DNA of 64,000 nt from Balanoglossus misakiensis (taxonomy: Eukaryota; Animalia; Hemichordata): contig CM082581.2 in assembly GCA_040954595.2 (NCBI GenBank), positions 11,406,286 through 11,470,285 of the forward strand, read 5' to 3'. Each line of letters opens with the position of its first letter. The stretch's first letter is position 1. This document shows positions 38,317 through 51,100 of this stretch, one piece after another. The notes below the pieces were generated by a model. It was not told the origin of the DNA. It saw only the letters and a program-made list of their open reading frames with translations, and searched no databases. The position numbers and the translations under genes are program-made.

Positions 38317-39495
38317 TGTGTGTATGTGTAACGAACGATAAAGAATCGATTAATAATGAACTTTTGGTATAATTAACAAAACTTTTATTCCAATACAACT
38401 ACCGTAGTATCTACATGATTCAAACATCGACAGGGTGCAAAGTAAAATAATGTGTCAACTTCGTGATAAACATTCATGGCTTTATCACTGTTGTAGAAAT
38501 AAAAGGTGAAAACTCTGAACATAGAGGTGGAAATCTTAAACAAATTGTAAAAATGTCATTTTCCTAATTTTTACTTAATATGTCACTATGTACATCAGCA
38601 TTTTGTTTCTTTATATCATTGTATAAACTTCCCCATGTGGCGCCTCTTTTGAATATTTCAAGGAAATGACAATACTACAAAATACAAAAGCTTTTCTCGG
38701 AATTCTACACACGAGGCTTTCGGAAAGTGATATGCACGCATTTCTTCTGGGTATACAATCGCCCACTTAAATTAGGTAGCCTTCATTTATTAGTCAGGAC
38801 TAGATGTAAAGCTTGCTTTGTAAGGTGTACTTGTTTCTCACCTGGTACTAAACGTCTTATAGTCACACTAACACTACTTTCTATATGCACTAACACAGCA
38901 TGGACCAGTTTACGACAGGTTCCTAAAAGCGGCACCAAGTTATGAAACGCGCAGAAACGTCACGGTGGCTAATGATACCGAGTAATAATGAGAGATTCCG
39001 GCAACCTGAAGTAGCTTTATTTTTACCTGTCCCCCTCAAACTTTCGTGACGTCATTGCCATTGTTATATGTTATGTTGTTAAGCAACCGCTCGTGATTTT
39101 AGCAATGGTTTTAGGGCCTTGGAGACGTGCATTTGGAAATACAGGATCTACAAAATGTAACAGCTAATCACTGTGGACATTATTATATCTGTGTGCTAAC
39201 GAGGAATTCGCATTTGGAATGTACAAATGTTCAAAATCTGAACAACAAACATTTAACACAATAGATAAATTCAGTAAATGGTATTACAAATTATCAAATA
39301 CAACAGAAAATCTCATCGATAAAATAACGCCGTGTATAATGTATAAATGCCACAGACACAGTGACGCATCACAATTTCCTACAACGATAGACCCGCCAAC
39401 GTTATAGAGAGGTGACCAAAAGTTGCCTTCAGAAATCGCGTAAAAAGCTAAAATGTGAGTCTCCCAGTCTCATCATGGGTAACGAAGGCTATTGT

Positions 39496-39521
39496 TTTAT
39501 TCTGATCTAATACATTTTATT
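39496..39521 (-). promoter_or_regulatory. Candidate tandem polyadenylation signals for the tyramine-receptor gene
   Basis: Two TTTATT (AATAAA on minus) at 39496 and 39516, about 1.3 kb past the stop. Confidence 0.35.
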
Positions 39522-40818
39522 TAAGTCAGTAAGCCAAAGTGTTTCTTTCTGGTTCTGTGTTTTTGGAAATCTGAGCAACAGAGTGTTGTTTTTATAGCTG
39601 TACTACAGAACATATTAACCTACATTGGCATTGCTTCAAAACTATTTACCACCTAATATTGGGTTGAACGCGTGAGTGCCTCAGCAGAGGAATCGACATT
39701 GGCAAACTGGCTAACTGATCTTTGAAGTAAAACGACTGTGGCTCAACGCAGATTAAAGCCCCGGAAGCGGCATCTTTTATGTATTTGTCACTAGCAAATA
39801 CCCAACACTATACCCTTACTGCATATAAATTACCCATTTTGCAAGATAAGCCACGTCGTGTTGACATGGTCACCTGTGATGACCTCTCTGTGCAGTGGGG
39901 CAAATGCTGGTTTGGATACCCTAGCTTCTCATTAGGATGTTCCAGAAAATACCAACAGCGTATTAGATAACCGATGCTTTCACTGATGGGTTTATCCACA
40001 AATCCTCGCTACTCGGCGGTCTTTGCTTTATCTGCTTTGCTTTCAATTGGCAAGTGTACATTTATCCAGATATTGAGGAAGTTTTTACTGGGTGGCCGGA
40101 ACTTGCCTCAAACATTAGCACGTTCATATTCAACCATGCGGTTCATTCAAGTGTGACACAAATGAGACACATTATCTCTGGATCTGATTAATACGATCAC
40201 ATAACATTTGCTGAAAAATTCAAATTATACATCGTAAAAGGGCACGCCGCTAATGGTTTTCATCGATAAACCAACATTATGAAGCACTGCGCACACAAGG
40301 TCACGTAGCTTCAGAATCTTCAAGATTAATTGGGATCAACAATAGAGTACACAAGACATTCAAGCGGTAATCATCCCCACTGATTACCGATATCATGTAC
40401 TTGTGGTTCATATGTGATTTCCATGTACAATACCGTTTGAACAGTTTAGAACCAACAGAGATTTGTGCAGCCATCCACGTGGAGAGAATTTTTACAAATG
40501 GTTGAGCTTATTAGGTATTCGGAATCGTTCATTGGTAAGTAATTTCAAGTATATAAAGGGAGTATTTATATTCTCTCCTAGACTGTAAAGCATGTGAGAA
40601 TTATGCTAATATGCTGATTAAGTATTTAATTCCAATTTGCAAATTACTTAAGCACGCCTTCAACTCCATTGGTTTACGGTTTATGACTGCTAAGTCTTCC
40701 CCCACTGCACTTTAAACTTACATGCGATTGCACATCTATGTAATGGTAACCCAGGCAACGATTTCATAAAACCTGTCGGTTTACGTGTTGCAATCAGTTT
40801 AACTACTAAGTTTGTTTT

Positions 40819-42126
40819 TTACCGCCGCCTCGACTTGGTATAGTATTTCCGCCTACATATTAATCTGTAGAAGGCCTTGCGGAAATCCCTGTTGAATATT
40901 GTATATATTACAGGATTGAAACAACTGTTGACATAGCCAAGCCAAACGATGAAAGCTTCGACTTTTCTGGACGGCGACGGACAGTCGCAGAAAGGAATAA
41001 TGACGTACATTAGAAAGTAAGGTAACCAACAGAGAATAAATAGTCCCATCACTATCCCGAGGGTCGTTGCAGCTTTACGTTCCCGCATGACGTTGATCTT
41101 TTGCTTCTGGCTGTGAAGTTTGGTGTGGAAACTTGTGACTGTAACATTTTTCACGTTGAACCCATCTTTGTAAGCATCACTGCTGGAATCGTCTCTGTCT
41201 GTCTCCGTGTCTCTCGCAGCTTCAACTGTTTTTGTGCCGTTGTTTTTAAACGGAGAGTTTGTCGGAGTTTTGTCGGTCAAAGCCAATGTTTTGCCCGGGT
41301 CTTCGCACTTCCTCAGTCTTTCGGGGTCCACTTCAACGGTCACATCACCACCGACGTTTGTTGAGCTCATCGTATTTGAATATGACCTGGTCATTTTGGT
41401 ACTCATGTGTTTGCCACGAATTCTGTCCCTGGCAGCGATCCATATCCTATAGTACACAAACGCCATGGCGATCAGTGGGAGAAAGAAGGCAGCTACGGCT
41501 GAGAATACAATATATCCTTTCTCAGTGGTGATATGACAGACTATGGCCCATTGGCTGACATTTTCACTTCTGTCTGAGTTGTCACTCCATCCTAGCAACG
41601 GTGGGATCGATATTGCTGCACTTACTGCCCACACAGCAGCAATCGCCAAGAGGATGTTCTTCTTGGTGCGCTTGCCCGCATAGTTTACAGGGTCTGTTAT
41701 TGCCATGTAGCGGTCTATAGCAATGGCACACAGGTTGCAGATGGAGGCAGTGCAAACCAACAAGTCACTTGTAGTCCAAATATCGCAGAGGACGTAGCCG
41801 AGTGGCCAGTATCCGACAACATGGTTGACAACGGCAAACGGAAGAACAACCACGGCGATTGCGAGGTCAGCTACGGCCAACGACACCAGAAAGTAGTTTT
41901 GAACTTGCTGTAGTTCCCTCTGTTTGTTGATGGCGACGATGACGAACGTGTTCCCCGCGGCTGTTACCACCAAAAGAACAACCATCGCCATGGCCGACAA
42001 AATCATCTCCCACACAGGCAATGGATCTTCAGCTACTGGCAGATGTGAATACTCAATTTCATATTCGGATGACAAGTTGCCAGTAACGTTGATCAGTGAT
42101 GTGTTCACCAGCATTTCTGCAGCCAT
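40819..42126 (-). CDS. Tyramine receptor type-1-like (Oct-TyrR/TAR1 family) aminergic GPCR, 435 aa, single coding exon
   Basis: Signature segments match the insect TAR1 pattern: P.WE, VQNYFLVSLAVADL, DRY.AITDP.NYA.KRT, PPLLGW, KQKI...ERKAA.TLGI.MG.F..CWLP.FLMYVI.PFC, WLGY.NS..NPVIYTIFN.DFR.AF. Three N-terminal N-glycosylation sequons, long ICL3 and a short C-tail (Gi-type architecture). Subfamily call is from motif recall, not a search. Confidence 0.95.
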   Translation of the reverse strand: MAAEMLVNTSLINVTGNLSSEYEIEYSHLPVAEDPLPVWEMILSAMAMVVLLVVTAAGNTFVIVAINKQRELQQVQNYFLVSLAVADLAIAVVVLPFAVVNHVVGYWPLGYVLCDIWTTSDLLVCTASICNLCAIAIDRYMAITDPVNYAGKRTKKNILLAIAAVWAVSAAISIPPLLGWSDNSDRSENVSQWAIVCHITTEKGYIVFSAVAAFFLPLIAMAFVYYRIWIAARDRIRGKHMSTKMTRSYSNTMSSTNVGGDVTVEVDPERLRKCEDPGKTLALTDKTPTNSPFKNNGTKTVEAARDTETDRDDSSSDAYKDGFNVKNVTVTSFHTKLHSQKQKINVMRERKAATTLGIVMGLFILCWLPYFLMYVIIPFCDCPSPSRKVEAFIVWLGYVNSCFNPVIYTIFNRDFRKAFYRLICRRKYYTKSRRR

Positions 42127-42160
42127 CTAACAGAGACAAAAGGGGAAGTACCAGTTAGCC
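42127..42160 (-). promoter_or_regulatory. 3' splice acceptor directly abutting the tyramine-receptor ATG
   Basis: Minus strand reads ggCTAACtggtacttccccttttgtctctgttAG|ATGGCT: branch point, polypyrimidine tract, AG, then the start codon. Confidence 0.8.
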
Positions 42161-45100
42161 GCGCAGGAATTCAAATTCTGAAGCGACATAATTCTTACGT
42201 TCCCCAAGTTCTTTGCAAAACTGAATTTGCAACTATGGAACCATAGTCCCCGAGAGTGGCCTGTAGCATGCATCATTCCACACAGTCAGTCGATACAGAT
42301 CCGCAATAAGGACATTGTCTATCCATGTTCATTTTGCGGTGAAGTTATAATTTAGAAGAAAAAAACAACTTCGAATTGCATTTTGAAATAATACACGGTT
42401 TATCCTGTGCGCTTTGACATTAACAATGAAAACGTATTTGGAACCCAAAGGTGAAGCATAAAATGTCACCAGGTCTCATATATCCCACGCGGTTGCATAT
42501 TCGAAAGCTACGAAATAATGTAATCTCTGCCTTAGGGAAAGACATATATCACCATCTAATAAGGCAAACCTCATGAATAAACGATCTGAGCTTAACTCAG
42601 GATGTCCACACGGAAATAAATATTGCCTGTCGATCTACGTGCGTGAATCATGTCAATATATTCATATACGAGTTTGTCTGTCTGTCGTGCTGAAAGCGAT
42701 GTTGCCACAATCCATGGTTCGAGTCTTCCTAGTAACTATACACGTCAGACATATTTTGAGTATTTCAAATTCGCATGCAAACACTTTCCTGGAACCCGAA
42801 TTGCCGTGATTTTGTATGGCCGTGTGTGTTGAACGTGATGGAATGTATAACATGTGATAGAGTCCGTGAATAGTCTCTTTTTAGTGACGTCGATGTCGCT
42901 CGGTTGAGTTGTTCCAGTTGGTCGTGCTAAACCATTCCATTCCCAATACTAGCTGTACTTTTCATATTTTCAGCGTTAGCTCTCATATATGACCACCATT
43001 AATTCTTCGTGACCATTAATGAAAGTACATGAACTGGAAAAATAGCTCTGGCTGATTGTTTTCTGTATGCGCTCGCCGAGTTATGTAATTGACAATGACT
43101 AAATTTGACACTGACAACACCCTTGACAAGTCGGCCTACGTCATATGACCGAATAACATATTTAGTCTTGGTTTATCTATTCAGTGCTCAGACGTTCATA
43201 CCAATGCATTTATATGCAGGGTGATGATGCCCTTGTCAACTGGCCCTGTACCCAAGATTCTGACATTCCAAGTGAAGGTGAGAAGGTTAGCTACGTGGTT
43301 ATTCGGACTCGCAGACATGGAAACTCCTGCAAATTAAAGGCCACTGGTCACCGTCTATATATTGTCCCTTGAAACATATTTTCCGTTATAACGTCAATAG
43401 GCGCTGTCAAATACTTCGTAGCGTGCACTGCAAATGAATTCTTTACCACAACCACGACAGTCTGTCAATCACAGTGGACTGTTACTATACAGTATGTGTC
43501 TGTCATACAACAGTACATATTAAACGATATTATCACAGACTAGACGAACTGAATCTACTCTCTGTGGGATAATTGGTTGCCTTATGCAAATCAGTGGTGG
43601 CCACATAATAAGAATTTCATTTAAGTTTCCCTCCATTCTGCGTTATCTGCCAAGTTCTGGCTTTAATCTAGAGACAGGCGATTGGAGAAGACGCCAGACT
43701 GATGCTTTTACTTTGTCGTCGTTTCTGAGATCTTCCAAAGATATTTCTTCACCGCCTGATAAGTTCTGCGGCTGTTCGTCGTAACAGATTAACAGTTCTG
43801 ACGTTTGGCAACGCCCGATATAAAGTTCGATTCTGTCAGAAATGACAGTGTCTGTCACATTCAGATTCTCGTCAGACCTGTTACATGTACATACATGTGA
43901 ATACAGCTCTGCAACCTAACACTTTAACAAGACTTGTAACGTTGCTTAGTTTTGTACACCTTATAATACAGGGATCGGCAAGGGTCTGTAATAGGCATGT
44001 CCTGTGCTTCCGTTTTATATTAATGAAATGAGTATAGTAAGCTTAAAGGAGTATAATTTCTTGACCATCTGCTGCGAGTAGCACTACGCAGTGTTGCTGG
44101 TCGTTGTCATGACGATGGAGAGTGGGAAAGATAGGATGGGATCGTCAAAGCAAGTACGTATGTTTGATTCCACTAAGAAAACAAAAACCCTGAAGTTCCA
44201 AGGTCATTATTTTACTTTTTCACGACAAAACCCACAGGGTGTATCATTGTGGAGAGAAAATTGCCTTCCTCCAATAATTCATGATCACTGATATAACATC
44301 ATTTGGCTGGCTTTAGGTCTCCCTAACAGCAATAAGGCCAAATCTATGTGATTATTCAAGAGCTAAATTTGATTTATTCAAAACCCAATTAATAGTATAT
44401 CTATTAGATACGAACCTCCCAAAATGTAACTTATTGCGTTTTTTCTTGGATGCGCAAGCCACACGATCCAAATCGCCCTAGTATAATTTTACTGCTATAT
44501 TAGTGCGACACAATTAACCTTTAAAAGAGAGCAATTACCTGTTTTTTTGTCGCTGCGGTTCTTTGTAGAAATTACCACTTGGTCTTTCCTTTGCCACTGT
44601 TCACTTCAATTATGGACAGGTAATGTTCTTGGAGTGGACGGAGTCAAGACGATGTTCCTGTCTGAATTGAAAGAAAGGATAATATTCGAAGTTAAAGACA
44701 AGCTTTGATGCACTGTATACGTTGCAAGGGTAGGTACGTACAATGAGGGTAAGTAAAAACTATAGGCAGATCGGCTAGCTGGGAGAGAGGGAAGAGGACT
44801 TTGGGACAATGGATCGGTCAATACTGTTTCATCATTGCGTTTTAGACATTTATTGATAATTTGTGATTTTTATCAGTATACAGATACCAATTGATATTGA
44901 TTTCGGCAACGCGATAGATTGTCTGTCAAGACTGTCAACACAAACAAACAAATAAGTAAATCAAGTTTCGCACAGACGGAATTAATAACTGTATCATCTC
45001 GAAATATCAATATCGCTTGCAGGCATCTTTGGGCAACGTTGTCACATGTGCAATAAAGTCACAGTATAGTCAATCGTTCAAAATTGATGTCTTGTCTCGA

Positions 45101-48100
45101 CATATTGTGCGTTTGACGTCAAATGTTAAAATAAGCTTGAGGTTGTGCATAAAAAACACGCACAGATGCATCGTTACAGCCTCTTTGACGCATAGGTTCA
45201 ATGAATCCTAAAAAATCATTATTTTATCGAATGGACTAGAAACTCAAAATAGCAGTTTTACAGTTAATTTTAATGTTATTGGTATGGATCGAATGCTTAC
45301 AGTGAAACCTATACATATGGCGTTTTGTGGAAAACTATAATTATATTTTGTTCGCTTTCCTTTACTGAATTATGCGTTTAAAAAACCCTGATGGTTAAGC
45401 TTGAAATAATGAGGTGACTTGACATGGACAGAGAAACTTTAATCTTACACTGAATCAGACGAAAACTAAATATAGACCAGTCTGTAACTGGACCATTTCT
45501 GGAGAATTGTGGTTGCAAATCGTACAAAGAACCACTTCAGTGTCCATACATGCTTTTAATCACGCAGGGATTTGTGGGATTTCAAATGGAGCATGTCTGT
45601 ATTATGTAGCCAGTTGTAAACGGTGCTTATGTGTTCGTTAGCAAATGCCTTACCGATGTGTGTATGTGGCAGTCTGTCTGTTAACACAATATATCAAGAA
45701 CGACTGAACAGACGTCTACAGATAGCAGTCACACAAGATTATGATGGTACAATGTTCGTCATTGCAAATATCTGCTCATTTACATACTATGAACTTTTGT
45801 ATTGAGTGATACATTTCTCAGAAAACATTTCAGCAAACTGGATGAAATTTAATATTGATCATCCAACTGACGTCTTGCTGTGTTGTCATGATTGTGAGAC
45901 ATTTAGCAGTGTCATGTAAGTCTATTGCACACGACACCCCCTATTGTTACTTAACAGATGCAACCTTACGATTATGCCACACGGCAGAAGAAAGTAGACC
46001 GAGTTGTGATTATCTTGCCCACAAACGCCTTGGGTATGAAGAGCCCAGTACCTGACTAGCTGTAAACTTCTCTTTAAATGGAGTACATTTTGCCGAATTC
46101 GAGTGTGCACCTGCAGCCAAGTCAATTCAATTCAATTCACATATAGACAGCAAATGAACACATACAAACTACTCAGGTTTTATTAATAATAAAGGATATG
46201 GAACCGTGGATGGCTTGTTTTTATCTTCATACACGTCAATACAAATGCATATTCCTTTCCTAGCCATGATTTAATTATGTTTCGATGTATTTTCGATATT
46301 AAACTGTTGTATGAGCAAGAGTAAGGTTTCCTTCGGCAAAAAATAGGAATTAAAGTATTAAAGGCTTCCCGATTAAATGTTTCCAAGAAGAGGACTCTTG
46401 GATAATGCCATGATGTTTTCTACCTTCAAACAGTAAGTTCAGTCGTTGACCTGTTGAAGACGTTATGTTATATGGACTGACCACCTTTCAACTGTGTCGA
46501 ATCTTGACTGACTTCGCAGTAACATTACACACTTCATATTAACGTTATTGTTTGCAAGTTTTTCAATCAAAGAACCCAGTACCCAGGGAAATTTCAAGTA
46601 ATCGCCATCAGCGTTACATCAGAGACGTCATCGACATCATGTCCAACCACCGTCGGCAGCAGCTGTATCGTTGTCGTCGTCATGGTCGTAATTGTTACAA
46701 CCTTAACATCATCGTGTTTTGACTATTATTTCATAGTTGATCCCCGTTTACTGCTTTCAGTTAATCAATAAAGCTAACGTTACATCACAGTGAGTGGAGG
46801 GGGCTGAGGTTACATTAAAAGACAATTAATAGCGTGTGATGTTTCTTCTCCAAATGATATTGACTTGTGTCAGTTTCAGTATTACACAGGCATCTACTAC
46901 ACAGAAGCACAATTACGGTAGGAGATGTGATCGGGTTTACGGTGAATAAGCTTATCAGCATCAATTGAAATAATATACAGTAGAAATACGGAGATCCAAA
47001 CCAGGAGATAGCCCCAACAACGTCTAATTGGACCGTTCTGGTGCAATTACACATTGCACTTCAGAGTCTGAAAGCAAGACATATTGGCTGTGTAGCGCGC
47101 ATGTGAAATGTTGGCTTTTGAAATAAAGGTTGGCTTGGTTGATAAGGAAAACAAGGGAATATACTAGGAATTGAAGCAGTTTTGCAGTTCAAAATATGCT
47201 CAATAAACACCTAGATGAATCTCAAGATATCGAGAGAAAACACAGATTTATTCAGATGTCACTTCCTCTCGACACTCTGGAATGTCATAATTAGGATGAC
47301 AGGAAGTCGTAATTATTATCATGGGCAGCAAGAGGTGAGTACGACAAGATGTTTCCATCGCATACAGTTTATGACGCGCATAATATGTGTCAATTATCGA
47401 CAGTCTAGAATAAACTTAAACGCCTTCAATATCTAGCACAAACTTGAACCAGGCAATTTCCGTATTTAGTACAAACTAAAACCCGTGGAGTAAATAGTTC
47501 AAACTACTTTTTTACGTTCACGCTAAAAAGTCGAATAGGGAGAAATCTACTGATAATTCCCATGGTTACGATTGCTGCTCATACGTAAAACCAACTCGGG
47601 AAGATTCTTACAGAAATGTGAAATTCAAAGATAAGAAAGGTTAAATACTTCTAATCTTCGAGTCAGAGTGCTTACAGGCATCGGATTTCAAAATGAACGC
47701 AGCATAAAAGACGGTTATACCAACACGTTTTAGATTAGCTACATCATATGGCTTATGAATTCTACACGAGGGAGCTTGTCGATGTTTGCGCGTATTCGAA
47801 TATTCTGGGATTTGAAACTCATACAAGGTACTCTGAAAAAATAACAGCAAACGTTCACAAATCTGACTTTCCTACCTTTCCTTAATGTTTTCTACGGCAG
47901 GTCTAGTGTAGTTCCCAACGCAACGACTACAAATGACGATTGAAGACACAAAGGGGCTGACTGACTTTATCTGGTGGCTCGTGGAGATATATTAATAAGG
48001 TAAATCGCTCTGCGCTTGCGCGTATGCCAGGATTGTGACGATCCTGGATCACGTGACAAAATGAAGGTTGATTCAAACGTAACACAAGTCACGCCGCGTT

Positions 48101-51100
48101 GTTCACCGAATGATGCTGGGCTTGCTCTCTCATTATAGCTTTTTGATGCATTCTACGAAAATGTAAGGTAGCTTGTGAGGTTCGTGACAGCATATTCTAA
48201 ATCACAAATTTCTAGGTCGCAGAAATATTTCATTCAAAGGACTCATCAATGAAAAGCTCTTTCTATTAATTTTATTCGTATGTCACGAACGTTTGTATTA
48301 CACGCAATCTCGAACTTTGTATGCTGTCAGCAATACCGAGCCTCAGATTGTTAAAAGACAAATTCGTTTTTATCACAATCGCCTATTATAGATTATACAA
48401 GATCATTTTTGTCATTAGTTGGTTTGTGTGAATATTTGTAGGACTTCCAATCATCCGTATACTATTTATAAAACAAAGAAACGTGTCAAAATTGCGAGTA
48501 AAGAAAATGCCAATTAAAGGCAGGAAGTTGCCATACACTCATTTGTTAACACAAGTTCAAAGTCAGGAAACAGGCGTTCACCGTTCTTTTCACCATCGAC
48601 GAGTTGCACCTTTTAAGACCACAGTAAAGGAATTGTTTTTTAAGAAAGCGGATGTTAGGCAGTGACAGGAGGAGAGTTCATATTTGATGGCGCGTTTCGC
48701 AATGCACAGAAGCAAGTATTATTCCCATCCATAGGTCACAAGCCAAGTCAATTGTAGCCGAAAGTCAGAAGTGTAGAATCACGACCGACAATATGGCGGA
48801 ATTAATATTTCAGGGCACATTAACCGCGTCTTTATGAAAGACAATTATCTATTTTTTTAGCAAATGACCAATGGGTTATTCAATCGGAATGAGTGGGCGG
48901 AACTAGTCATGGAGAGGGGTGTTTTCAGGGGGGGGGGGTGGACTCCGACTATTCATGATCTGTGAGTGCTTAGATCAATTTCGTCGTTGCAAGAAAATGT
49001 TTAATTTGGGATTGAAAACCTCCGCTTTGTCCGCGCTTCCTGAATTAAAAAACCCCAGCAAGAAATGAATTAAATGAAAAGCCCTTTGGAACAATTTTAA
49101 TTAAATGAAGATGCGGGATACGAAACACAAATTTTAAAATATGCCTTCCTTTTCAATTATTTAACACACGAGAAAACTATCTTCTTTCCTTACAGAGGTT
49201 ATTATAACATACTTAAATTACGGGATGCGGCTAGGCAGGAGATGATATTACGCAGCGTCGATCAGGATCTGCAAAACAGTTGGTTTCTAACCTCTGTCCA
49301 TGTATTCTTTGTCAATGCACAAAGCAGTGACAATCTATTCCCGTCGATCACAATCCTCTATATGTTATATTCTTTTAGGACTGATTCATAGTCTGACAGT
49401 GGGAGATCATGACTTTGCACCCTCCCCCATTGACGGGTTCATTTTTGAAAAAAATACTGCGTTTCATTGAAATGACAATCCAGGAGAAATATACCATGGA
49501 GGCTGTCATGATACACTTTAATAGACCATGTCGACATGAAAAAAAAGACAATTTTCTGGATGACCTACCATGTTAATGAAATATGGAAATTACTAGTTAT
49601 CCATATTGTGGATAGTTTCGAATGGCATTCGCCTTAAATATTAATGTTTCATATCGTTCCTTAGATAATAGAAACATGTAGGGTTATTCATGAAGTATAT
49701 AGCGTTGCATTCAAATGGTGTGGGCTTACTTTGACTGGTTTCGTAGTAGCCAGCCAAGCTACTGTCATGTCACGATTACCGATTTATTTTTCTCGAATAT
49801 TGAATGTGACAAAACTGTGGGCTTTAAAACCGAAATCACAACTTACATAAATTCACTTATTAATTAACTAACCACAAGATTTTTCACTAAATAAACTGCG
49901 TTATCATATCTGACATTGCCAATAAAAAGACCTGGAGAGGGCGCTCATGTAACAACCTAGGAAACAGTTCAGTCAAGCAACATAGATAAAAGTTACGTTC
50001 TGCTTCGTGTGAATGACAGAAGCCTAGAAAAAAATCGCCATAGATCCCTGTCAAAGTTGGAGCAGGGTTGTACATGTATTAAGACAATAGAGCGAACACA
50101 TTCTTGTCTATCAAGTAAATCTATTATCCAGTTGAAGTGACAGAAGCTAGTACAAAAGTTCCATTAAAATTTTAAGAGGTACAACTGTCGTGAATTCATA
50201 AGATATACATCCCATTTTGCAGTGCCCTGGGATGACAGTGCATTACCCAAAGGAAGGGGTTTCACTAATTGATATACGTGTAGGCCCGGACGTCTTTAGA
50301 AGTAAAAAATATGTGCGTCAGAGGGGTTAAATGGGATGATCCATTTTCATTGCGATGAATGCAAATTGCCAGGAAGAATACCAGAGAATAGTAACTCAAC
50401 TTGTAAACTACAATACGTCAAGAACTGCATTAAATGCTCAATAGTATACAAATGGATTAAATATATTTCAATTGCAAAAATATTGCTTTTTGGAAGGCAT
50501 CGAAATTTTACCAAAACTATCGAGCCTGGGTACTGTACTATGGTCCCATCTACATGTACATGAAACCAAAACCCACCATTCCTTAATAAACCAATAGGCT
50601 CGGATTCAGATACCTGCTTTCAACTACAGGGTCAGTTCCAGACGAAGAATTACAATCAACAGATTGTTCATACCAGTTCAAATCAGAACCTGCGCATGCA
50701 GACAGTCGAACCCTAACACCATTACCCAACAACAAGTCATATACATGGAACTTCATGTATACTGCGGTCATCTATGAAACAGGCGTGTTCGTGGGCAACT
50801 CGGTAATCGATGCCCTCTGAATAATATCTCAATCGTGACACACGAGTGTGGATTTCATCCGTCATTTTCGACGGTTCAACAAGCCCTTTACCGTCTCCCA
50901 ATGAAATTAACACGCATGTCTCTCGGAACCTTAGCAAATTTGTTTGTCAGTTTACAAGACCATCCACAACTGGCAAATCGTGTGTTGACAACGCATGTCC
51001 ACAAGATGGTAGAAATTCTCCAACCACGCTGTTTCAAGTGAGAATTGCAAAATGGGAGTTTGGAAACCTGAATGAAGTGCTGATAACAATTCAGTGAAAG

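Noticed and set aside
41101-42130. Plus-strand ORFs over the tyramine-receptor CDS
   Set aside because: Shadow frames.
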